From an uncultured Chromatiaceae bacterium (GTDB lineage Bacteria > Pseudomonadota > Gammaproteobacteria > SZUA-140): 64,000 nt of DNA. The stretch spans positions 150,124-214,123 of the forward strand of contig CAZSAK010000001.1 in NCBI GenBank assembly GCA_964605155.1. The letters are read 5' to 3'. The notes under the pieces were generated by a model. The model was given only the letters and a program-made list of their open reading frames with translations. It had not been told where the DNA came from and made no database searches. Below, in pieces: positions 18,585 to 26,289 of this stretch. Each line of letters begins with the position of its first letter. The stretch's first letter is position 1. Position numbers and translations under genes: made by a program.

Positions 18585-19649
18585 ATGAGGTACAGCACCC
18601 ATAAAATCGTTTTGTTTTTGCTGGTCTGCTGTTTGGTGGTTTCCGGTTGTGCCCAGACCCACAGCGTCCTGCGTTACAATGTCAACGATGAACCATCGCA
18701 GGTGTGGCCCTCTGAACCTGAAAAACCCCGTTATCGTTATGTCGGTGAGCTGACCGGCGAGCAGAATATCATCAACGACAGTAAAGAACGCTCTTTCGGC
18801 AGCAAGTTGCTGGGCTGGCTTACAGGGCTTGTTGCGGGTAAACGGAAACCGACCGTACTGCAGCGACCACAAGGCGTGTATGTCGACCAGGCGGGGCGTA
18901 TCTATATATCGGATGTCAGCCGCAGTGCCGTTTACGTGTTTAACGAAACCGAAGGGACGCTCGACGTGTGGGAGATGGCGGGCAAGAATATCCGTTTTGA
19001 GACCCCGGTCGGGATGACCGAGGATTCCTCGGGTGACCTGCTGGTCGTGGACGCCGATCTGGGTTATGTCGTGCGCCTGAATCAGCAAGGCCAACCTGTC
19101 GGCAAATTCGGCAAAGGCCTGTTCAAGCGCCCCACCGGTATCGCATTCGATGCGGTCAACGACAGGATCTTTGTGGCGGATACTCACGACAATAACATCA
19201 AGGTCTTTGATGAGGCTGGAAACCTGCTGGATACACTCGGCGAGTTCGGAGCTCAGGATGGTCAGTTCAACAGCCCTACCTATCTTGCGTATAAAGAAGA
19301 CCAGCTCTATGTCACCGATACCCTCAATGCACGCATCCAGGTCTTTTCTGCGAGCGGTGACTATATCCGGTCGATCGGTAAACGCGGCCTGTACGTCGGT
19401 GATCTTCCCCGTCCCAAGGGCGTTGCCGTGGACCAGGACAACAATATCTACGTGGTGGAATCGTATTATGATTATCTGTTAGTATTCAGTGACAAAGGAG
19501 AGTTTCTACTACCCATTGGAGGGACAGGAAGCGGCGTTGGTGAGTTTTACCTTCCCGCGGGTGTATGTACTGACCAGCGCAATCGGGTATACGTTGCCGA
19601 TGCCTTTAACGGTCGTGTAGTGATATTACAATATTTGGGAGCGGCATGA
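18585..19649 (+). CDS. NHL-repeat beta-propeller lipoprotein
   Basis: Lipobox VVSGC. NHL units IYISDVSRSAVYVF, IFVADTHDNNIKVF, LYVTDTLNARIQVF, IYVVESYYDYLLVF and VYVADAFNGRVVIL. Confidence 0.8.
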   Translation: MRYSTHKIVLFLLVCCLVVSGCAQTHSVLRYNVNDEPSQVWPSEPEKPRYRYVGELTGEQNIINDSKERSFGSKLLGWLTGLVAGKRKPTVLQRPQGVYVDQAGRIYISDVSRSAVYVFNETEGTLDVWEMAGKNIRFETPVGMTEDSSGDLLVVDADLGYVVRLNQQGQPVGKFGKGLFKRPTGIAFDAVNDRIFVADTHDNNIKVFDEAGNLLDTLGEFGAQDGQFNSPTYLAYKEDQLYVTDTLNARIQVFSASGDYIRSIGKRGLYVGDLPRPKGVAVDQDNNIYVVESYYDYLLVFSDKGEFLLPIGGTGSGVGEFYLPAGVCTDQRNRVYVADAFNGRVVILQYLGAA

Positions 19650-22306
19650 GACGGCAGTTACAGGGCATGTTGTTGACACTGTTTGCGGCTTCGATACTGG
19701 TCGCAGGTATCGCCCACGCTGCGCGCATCTCCGATATCCAGAATACCAAGCATAATTTTTCCGCCACGGTACAGCCCTCCCCCGACGTCAACCGCGTGGC
19801 ACACGCTACCACCGAATCACAGATCTGTGCCTTTTGTCACACGCCGCACGGTGCTACCAAGGAACCTCGCGCACCGATATGGAACCGTACCCTGTCCAGC
19901 GCAACCTATATACCGTTCAATTCCGGATCACTGGATGCGACGGATCTTGGACAGCCGGGCGGCAAATCCAAACTCTGTCTGTCCTGTCATGATGGAACCC
20001 TGGCATTGGGGGCGGTCAATGTGCTGAACCGTGTTGAGCTGAAGAAAAACAATCAAACCATTCCCTTCACGGGAACCATGCCTGACGGCACGATCCCCGA
20101 AGGACTGGGCGCGACCACGGGATTTACCCGCAGGCTGGGGGTTGACCTGACCAACGACCATCCGATCTCATTTACCTTCGACAGTGCGCAGGCGGCCCGC
20201 GACGGAGAGTTGCGGGATCCTTCAGCCGTATCGCATATCGCAGAACGCGTGCCGGGGGTCAAGCCCCTTATACCGATCGAAGACAACAAGGTGGAATGTA
20301 TCAGTTGTCATGATCCGCATATCCGTTCCGACGTGCCGGGTGAAAACATCAAGTTCCTGCGCGTCAACCGCTTTCAGAAACAGCCTCCCTCGCAAGGCAC
20401 CTTCAATGCGGACAACGATATCATCTGTCTGGCCTGTCATGACAAGGCGGGTTGGGTCGGTTCGGCCCATGCCAATATCGCCGTCGGTAACAAACGCTAC
20501 AGTGTGCCCGCCGCGGATTTACGTGAATTTCCACGTGATATCGAGGTGTGGCAGGCAGCCTGTCTGAATTGCCATGATCCACACACCGTGCAGGGGGCTC
20601 GCAGGATATTGCGCGAAGGTACCGATGGCCCTGTGTTGACGACGGCCAGTGGCGCCAAGTACAAGCAGGGTGGTAACTCCGCCATCGAGCAGGTGTGTTA
20701 TGCCTGCCACTCGGCCGATGGCGGTGTTTTGCAGAATCAGGGCACCTCGAATTTCGAGGTGCCGAATATCAAGACGGACTTCACCACCATGTTGCGTCAC
20801 ATGCCGATTGCGAGCATCGATCAGCCCGCGGGGTTTGAGGTGCACGACATCGGTACCGGTGACTCCATCCAGGGCGATCAACGCGGCAAGGATTTTATCG
20901 AATCGCGGGAGAATATCGGCAAGGGCAATCTCCATAACCGTCATGCCGAATGTACCGATTGCCATAATCCGCACCGCGTGATGAAAAACCGGCTTTTCAA
21001 TGCGGACAATACCGTCCCGGATCCTGCCGGTACCCATGAGCATGAAGACGGTGTGCCACATACCAATCTGGCCTCCGGCGTGCTGCGCGGCATCTGGGGG
21101 GTTGAGCCCGTATACGGTACCTCGGAGTTCGGCAGTGAACCGGTTACATTCGAGGTCAAGCGGGGTGATCCCACCGTCGGTAGCAGCACCGCCGTCAGTG
21201 CGCCCTATGTGACGCGTGAGTACCAGGTGTGCATGAAGTGTCACTCCAACTATGCCTATGATCAGCCGCCGTTGCTGGGGTCGTTTACCGGCGGCACACC
21301 GCCCGGCACCAATGCACTGACCCGTTATACCAACCAGGCAATGGAATACCAGACACCGCTCGGACATGATGGCGAAGGCACTGCGCCGACACCCACCGGC
21401 GCCTATGTCGGCGCGGCGACATGTACGTTTACATCGACCGATACCGATAACGTTGACCATGTCATCACAGGGACGCTCGACGAGAACGGCGGCTGCGCGA
21501 ATTTTGTCGACAATAACCATCGTGCATGGCATCCCGTTACCAACCCAACGGGACGTACACCACCGGTGCGTAAGGCCGATGCCGATGACTGGCGCTCACC
21601 GTTCAATGCAGCGGTCGGTAGTCAGACCATGTACTGTACCGATTGTCACGGCTCTACAACTGCCCCGGACACGGTAGTGCCGAACGGCGGTGAAAACGGT
21701 TCTCCGTGGGGCCCGCACGGCTCCAATGACAATTTCCTGCTTAAGGGTCCATGGGACAATCAGACGGGAGAATTTCAGTCGAATGGATTGTGTTTTCGTT
21801 GTCACGACTTCAGGCAGTATGGCAGGGGTCTGCCGCCACCCTATACCAATCCGGGGTTTCCGGATCAGGTTCGGCAAAGCGGATTCAGGATGTCGGTCGG
21901 TTCCGCATCCGGATGTCTGCCGTTCAAGTTGACCAACCTGCATGCTGGTCACTCCAGTATTATCACCAATTTCCGTTGTACCTATTGTCATGTTTCTATT
22001 CCTCATGGCTGGAAGAACAAGGTATTCCTCGCCAATTTGAATGATGTGGGCCTTGAGGCACCGCTATTACCGGGCGAGATACCCAACGCCGCCGGCAGCC
22101 GTCAGGTCAGGGTCAGCGTGGGTGGCACTGCCCCGCGTTACTACAACGGTCCCTACTACAACGGCGCTGCATTAAAGGTGCGCTATTTCTCACGCAGCGG
22201 TGAATGGACGGATGCCAATTGCGGTTCCTCGGGTCCGCCCGGTAACGGAATTACAGGATTCAACTGGATGAATGGCAGTAATGAATCTTGTGCGAATCTG
22301 CCATGA
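19646..22306 (+). CDS. Undecahaem c-type cytochrome, 886 aa, secreted
   Basis: Signal peptide ...GIAHA. Eleven CXXCH motifs: CAFCH, CLSCH, CISCH, CLACH, CLNCH, CYACH, CTDCH, CMKCH, CTDCH, CFRCH, CTYCH. The ATG overlaps the stop of the preceding NHL gene (ATGA). Confidence 0.88.
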   Translation: MRRQLQGMLLTLFAASILVAGIAHAARISDIQNTKHNFSATVQPSPDVNRVAHATTESQICAFCHTPHGATKEPRAPIWNRTLSSATYIPFNSGSLDATDLGQPGGKSKLCLSCHDGTLALGAVNVLNRVELKKNNQTIPFTGTMPDGTIPEGLGATTGFTRRLGVDLTNDHPISFTFDSAQAARDGELRDPSAVSHIAERVPGVKPLIPIEDNKVECISCHDPHIRSDVPGENIKFLRVNRFQKQPPSQGTFNADNDIICLACHDKAGWVGSAHANIAVGNKRYSVPAADLREFPRDIEVWQAACLNCHDPHTVQGARRILREGTDGPVLTTASGAKYKQGGNSAIEQVCYACHSADGGVLQNQGTSNFEVPNIKTDFTTMLRHMPIASIDQPAGFEVHDIGTGDSIQGDQRGKDFIESRENIGKGNLHNRHAECTDCHNPHRVMKNRLFNADNTVPDPAGTHEHEDGVPHTNLASGVLRGIWGVEPVYGTSEFGSEPVTFEVKRGDPTVGSSTAVSAPYVTREYQVCMKCHSNYAYDQPPLLGSFTGGTPPGTNALTRYTNQAMEYQTPLGHDGEGTAPTPTGAYVGAATCTFTSTDTDNVDHVITGTLDENGGCANFVDNNHRAWHPVTNPTGRTPPVRKADADDWRSPFNAAVGSQTMYCTDCHGSTTAPDTVVPNGGENGSPWGPHGSNDNFLLKGPWDNQTGEFQSNGLCFRCHDFRQYGRGLPPPYTNPGFPDQVRQSGFRMSVGSASGCLPFKLTNLHAGHSSIITNFRCTYCHVSIPHGWKNKVFLANLNDVGLEAPLLPGEIPNAAGSRQVRVSVGGTAPRYYNGPYYNGAALKVRYFSRSGEWTDANCGSSGPPGNGITGFNWMNGSNESCANLP

Positions 22307-23385
22307 TCAAGGTAATGCGAAAACTGGCATCGACTCGGCTGACCCTGGTGGGTATGGCACTGCTCGGGATCGGCGCGGCGCTCAGCTATGACAACCCGGT
22401 GAGCACACCTGTGTGGGTGCTGGTTGTGCCATTGGCATTCCTTGCGGTCAATCTGCTCTGCGCCATTCTGACCAATTCCCGTATCAACCGGCGAGGTGGC
22501 CTGTTGATCTTTCATATCGCCTTGTTTGGCATTATCGTGCTGGCGGCCATTGGACGTATGACGCATATGGAGGCGCATCTTGAAATCATCCAGGGCGGTG
22601 GATTCTCGCAGGACGACCTGATCAACAACCGTACCGGTCCCTTGCATGCGGGTGAACTCGACAAGGTGATGTTCGTGCAAGGGAATTATACGGTCGATTA
22701 TGCCCCCGGCATGACGCGCGGATTGACGCACAGCCATGTGATGGTGCCGGACGGCCGCGGCGGCTGGGAGGAAAAGGTTATCGGAGACGACAGGCCGCTG
22801 ATCATCAACGGCTATCGATTCTATACCACCTTCAATAAAGGTTTCTCGCCCATGTTGACGTGGATACCTGAGCGCGGCAGGCCGGTATCGGGTACGGTCA
22901 ATATGCCCTCGTATCCACTGTTTGAGTTCAAACAGTCCAACAGCTGGACGCCGCCGGGGGGCAAGGAGATCAATTTCTGGCTGCAACTGGATACCGGCAT
23001 CGATGACCAGGGTCATTGGACCCTGGATGCCAGGAAGGCCAGGGGCACGCTGGTCATCAATACCAGCGACAAGCGGATTGAATTGCAACCCGGTGAGCGC
23101 GCGGTCCTGGATGGCGGTGTCCTGCGTTATGACCGTCTGACAAGCTGGATGGGGTACAAACTCTTCTATGATCCTACACTGCACTGGCTGTTTATCACTG
23201 CGATCTTTGGTATTTTCGGGCTTGCCACGCACTTCTGGCGCAAGTTCAAGGCGCTTCCCATACGCTCGCCCAAACCCTCAGAAGGTACTCTCAAACCTGC
23301 CTGGTCCGAAGACCAGGGAATTGTTCCGGTGGACAACGGGGTACAGGTAACCATGGCAACCAACAAGGGCCAGCCTAATGTGTAA
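22303..23385 (+). CDS. ccsB: ResB/CcsB-like System II cytochrome c biogenesis protein (short form)
   Basis: N-terminus MIKVMRKLASTRLTLVGMALLGIGAA resembles ResB. It has a TM-His segment (LLIFHIALFG), a periplasmic domain and a C-terminal TM helix. It overlaps the cytochrome stop (ATGA) and precedes ccsA. Confidence 0.65.
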   Translation: MIKVMRKLASTRLTLVGMALLGIGAALSYDNPVSTPVWVLVVPLAFLAVNLLCAILTNSRINRRGGLLIFHIALFGIIVLAAIGRMTHMEAHLEIIQGGGFSQDDLINNRTGPLHAGELDKVMFVQGNYTVDYAPGMTRGLTHSHVMVPDGRGGWEEKVIGDDRPLIINGYRFYTTFNKGFSPMLTWIPERGRPVSGTVNMPSYPLFEFKQSNSWTPPGGKEINFWLQLDTGIDDQGHWTLDARKARGTLVINTSDKRIELQPGERAVLDGGVLRYDRLTSWMGYKLFYDPTLHWLFITAIFGIFGLATHFWRKFKALPIRSPKPSEGTLKPAWSEDQGIVPVDNGVQVTMATNKGQPNV

Positions 23386-23393
23386 GAGGAATC

Positions 23394-24254
23394 ATGTTTG
23401 AAATAAACGGGATCTATACGGAACTTCCCTGGCTTTATACCGGGCTGGCGGCCTATGCGCTTGCCACCGTGGTTGCCATCCAGGGGGTGGTCAGGGTTCG
23501 CGGCGGATCCGCGGGTGCCACGGTAAACCGTTCCTACGAACATATCGTGCTGGGTTTTGCATTGGCAGGCGTGGTGTTGCTGGCCATGTCGATCGGCGAG
23601 CGCTGGATACGCATCGGGCATGGCCCGTTCGTCAACCTGTTCGAGCTGTTGATGAGTCAGCTGTTCAGCCTCGGGTTGATTTACACACTGATATACTGGC
23701 GCTACCCGGTGTTGCGTCCGAGTGCCGTGGTTGCATTGCCTTTGATGTGGATACTGGGGATCTGGGTGTTGACGCTGGATCCCGCCGGAAGCGCGTTTCC
23801 TCCCACTTACTACAATAAGTGGTTATGGGCCCATGTGGGCTTTGGCAAGATCTTTCTTTCCTTTTGTCTGGTAGGCACGGGTATCGCGGGCGTGATCCTG
23901 CTGCGAGGCGTCAAGCGTGTCTCATCATGGTTCCGGCAGATGCCGGCGGATACTGTACTGGACGCGCTGGCATGGCGCTTCATGCTGCTGGCGTTTATTT
24001 TCCACAGCCTGATGCTGGTGGCGGGCGCCGTGTGGGCACAGGATGCCTGGGGACGATACTGGGCCTGGGATGCGCTCGAGACCTCGTCCTTTCTGAACTG
24101 GTTATTGCTGGGCGCATCGATCCATGCCCGCACCACCTATCGCATACCTATACGCATCGGTGCATTGTTGATCATCGGAATTTTTGTATTTGCCTTTATG
24201 ACCTATTTCGGCGCGCCTTTTTACAGTCAAGCCGCGCACAAGGGTGTGATATGA
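23394..24254 (+). CDS. ccsA: CcsA/ResC cytochrome c assembly (haem-handling) protein
   Basis: Polytopic membrane protein with the Trp-rich WAQDAWGRYWAWDALETSS (WWD-type) motif and flanking His residues. Confidence 0.8.
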   Translation: MFEINGIYTELPWLYTGLAAYALATVVAIQGVVRVRGGSAGATVNRSYEHIVLGFALAGVVLLAMSIGERWIRIGHGPFVNLFELLMSQLFSLGLIYTLIYWRYPVLRPSAVVALPLMWILGIWVLTLDPAGSAFPPTYYNKWLWAHVGFGKIFLSFCLVGTGIAGVILLRGVKRVSSWFRQMPADTVLDALAWRFMLLAFIFHSLMLVAGAVWAQDAWGRYWAWDALETSSFLNWLLLGASIHARTTYRIPIRIGALLIIGIFVFAFMTYFGAPFYSQAAHKGVI

Positions 24255-24979
24255 GTATGTCTAATACCACGAGATCGCGTCATGACAATGAGTCCGCCGT
24301 CACATCACTTTCCATTGTGATGGTGGGTGTGATTGCGATTTCTCTTGTTATGCTGGTGCAGCATCTTGAACGGCCCGGCCATTTACCGACGGCAACACAA
24401 AAAACGGCTGATATCGATCTGTTTTCCCGCGATACCGGCGGCTCACAACAGGTTTCGCAGCAGGACCAGACCCCGGCAAGCGAACTGGAGGTGCGATTCC
24501 AGCAGGCGGTGTACATGCTGCATGCAGGCCATTATGATGACGCCGTGACCGCGTTGCACCGCGTCATGGAACTTTCCCCGCGTATGCCCGAGGCCTATGT
24601 CAACATGGGTTTTGCGCTGTACGGCCTGAAGCGTTACAAGGCGGCGCGTGATTTCTTTGATGCCGCGACCGATATCCGGCCCTACCAGGGCAATGCCTAC
24701 TGGGGTATTGCTATCAGCCTGGAAAAACTCGGCGATCTCAAAGGTGCGCTGGGCGCGATGCGTACCTATATCCACCTCGCCCCGCCGAATGACCCCTATG
24801 TGACAAGGGCACGTTCCGCCTTGTGGGAGTGGGAGACCACGCTCAAGCGCGGACCGCTGTCGGACGAAGAGCGGGCGTTTATTGCCCGTGGTGAACAGCA
24901 ATGGGAAGACCGCAACAGTCCGGATCGTGATGCGCCCGACCGGGGCGATTCCACCATCCCGGTACGTTCCATCAACTAG
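24251..24979 (+). CDS. Membrane-anchored TPR protein
   Basis: MSMSNTT... start overlaps the ccsA stop (ATGA). One TM helix, then TPR units (AVYMLHAGHYDDAVTALHRVMELSP, AYVNMGFALYGLKRYKAARDFFDAATDIRP, AYWGIAISLEKLGDLKGA). Confidence 0.7.
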   Translation: MSMSNTTRSRHDNESAVTSLSIVMVGVIAISLVMLVQHLERPGHLPTATQKTADIDLFSRDTGGSQQVSQQDQTPASELEVRFQQAVYMLHAGHYDDAVTALHRVMELSPRMPEAYVNMGFALYGLKRYKAARDFFDAATDIRPYQGNAYWGIAISLEKLGDLKGALGAMRTYIHLAPPNDPYVTRARSALWEWETTLKRGPLSDEERAFIARGEQQWEDRNSPDRDAPDRGDSTIPVRSIN

Positions 24980-25039
24980 ATGTCCGATGCCTGTCGCAGG
25001 CAAGTATTACCTGTCGTTTTACCTTTCTTGTATTGATCT

Positions 25040-25678
25040 ATGAAATCGAGACTCGCATGGTTGATACCGGTTTGTCTGTTCCTCCTGATCGGTAATGTCG
25101 CGGCATTGCCGCAACAGTTCCGTGAGGGCGTGCATTATCAACTGATCACGCCAGCTTCCTCCCCGACTCCCGGCGGCAAAATCGAAGTGATCGAATTCCT
25201 GTGGTACGGCTGCGAGACCTGCTATGTCATGCAGCCATACCTGCAGCGCTGGGCGGACAGCAGGCAGGGATCGATCGACTACAAACGTATCCCGGCGGTG
25301 ACCAATGATGACATGATCCTGCTGGCGCGTGCCTTCTATACGGCCGAAGCGCTTGGTATCAGCGACATGGTTCGCCATGCCTTGTTCGATGCCATCCACC
25401 GGCACAGGCGCCCGTTGAAATCGGAACAGGACCTTGCCGCTTTTTTTGAGGAACAAGGTGTTGAGCAGGATGATTTTCGCCAGGCCTTTCGCAGCAACTA
25501 TGTCGCAGGCAAGGTCAGGAAGGCCAGGATCCTGGGGAGTCGTTACGGCATTGCCGGTGCGCCGACCATCGTGATCAATGGCAAATACCGCGTCGATTCA
25601 TCCATGGTGGCCAGCCCGCAGGAATTGATTGCCGTCATCGATTACCTGGTGAACAAGGAGAGCGGAAAGAAGAGTTAA
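25040..25678 (+). CDS. dsbA: DsbA-family thiol:disulfide oxidoreductase
   Basis: Signal peptide. The redox motif FLWYGCETCY (CXXC) and a C-terminal GAPTIVINGKYRV are typical of DsbA. Confidence 0.8.
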   Translation: MKSRLAWLIPVCLFLLIGNVAALPQQFREGVHYQLITPASSPTPGGKIEVIEFLWYGCETCYVMQPYLQRWADSRQGSIDYKRIPAVTNDDMILLARAFYTAEALGISDMVRHALFDAIHRHRRPLKSEQDLAAFFEEQGVEQDDFRQAFRSNYVAGKVRKARILGSRYGIAGAPTIVINGKYRVDSSMVASPQELIAVIDYLVNKESGKKS

Positions 25679-25867
25679 AGATTATTCTGTAATAGTTTAT
25701 GACGGGATCATTTGTAAAAAATTCAAACAATCTTTTCAGTTTTATAAGTAATACTACTTATTCCACAGCGTGATCATTGGGATAGGAATCCCATAGCAAG
25801 TCAACATTACCAGTTGGTAATTCCTTTCTTTTTGTGTTTGATTCAATATCGATACAAAGGACAAATT

Positions 25868-25975
25868 GAACACCATGGTGTGACAAGCTGGTTTTTTGTT
25901 ATGATTGGGAGGGTTATTTTCAATCAACCACTATGAACACCATGTTTACCGCCGCGTTCATCGCGGCGGTTTTTT
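25868..25975 (+). ncRNA. Candidate small RNA A (5' end undetermined)
   Basis: Four elements in order: palindrome CACCATGGTG (25871-80), hairpin GATTG-[GGAGGGTTATTTT]-CAATC (25903-25), a conserved box CACTATGAACACCATGT, and an intrinsic terminator CCGCCGCG-ttcat-CGCGGCGG plus T6 (25949-75). Candidate B shows the same order and spacing. Confidence 0.45.
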
Positions 25976-26180
25976 GATAAGTACCGGTAATCATGCCGGA
26001 CTTTTTTCGTAGGCTGTTCTGCTATCTCTTGTACTAGTAGACTCATTCACATCGCATGTGATATCCAATTATTTCTTTATTAGAAACTTTACATTTTGAA
26101 TTCTTAACCATGCATGTCCTAGCCCATTTGGGCTAGGACATTTGGGGAATATCATTAATTAAGGTATTCGTGCAGAATCA

Positions 26181-26289
26181 GATCGTGGTGATCTACTTGG
26201 TTAGTTCGTGGTAATGGGGAGGATTACTACGTAAAAATCACTGTAAACACCATGTCTTGGCCGCCGCTTCCAGAAGCGGCGGTTTTTTT
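26181..26289 (+). ncRNA. Candidate small RNA B (5' end undetermined), paralog of A
   Basis: Four elements in order: hairpin GATC-gtggt-GATC (26181-93), hairpin GTAAT-[GGGGAGG]-ATTAC (26211-27), a conserved box CACTGTAAACACCATGT, and an intrinsic terminator CCGCCGCTT-ccag-AAGCGGCGG plus T7 (26261-89). Confidence 0.45.

Noticed and set aside
20519-21532. 337-aa ORF antisense to the undecahaem cytochrome gene
   Set aside because: It lies entirely inside a gene whose sense frame carries 11 CXXCH motifs. The antisense product is Arg/Gly/Ala-rich with no motif, as expected for the shadow frame of a GC-rich gene. The same reasoning applies to 8217-8864, 18543-19187, 44947-45561, 49222-49914, 50418-50966, 56429-57019 and 62145-62717.
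10326-22306. Non-canonical haem-binding motifs (CXXCK, CX3CH, CX4CH, CX15CH) that would explain the dedicated CcsBA lyase
   Set aside because: A manual scan of all cytochrome ORFs in the operon found only CXXCH. The extra Cys residues (C-terminal pair of the undecahaem, a C-X27-C stretch around TCTFTS...GGCANF) are not followed by His or Lys.
22183-23232. 349-aa ORF antisense to the ccsB-like gene
   Set aside because: It has no recognisable domain. It overlaps a sense ORF that has a ResB-like N-terminus, TM helices and translational coupling to its neighbours.
23819-24250. Long N-terminal extension of the TPR ORF (386-aa version) overlapping ccsA
   Set aside because: The extension lies in an alternative frame of ccsA and is Arg/Gly-rich. 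The ATG at 24251 gives an ATGA overlap with the ccsA stop and a sensible TM-anchored N-terminus.
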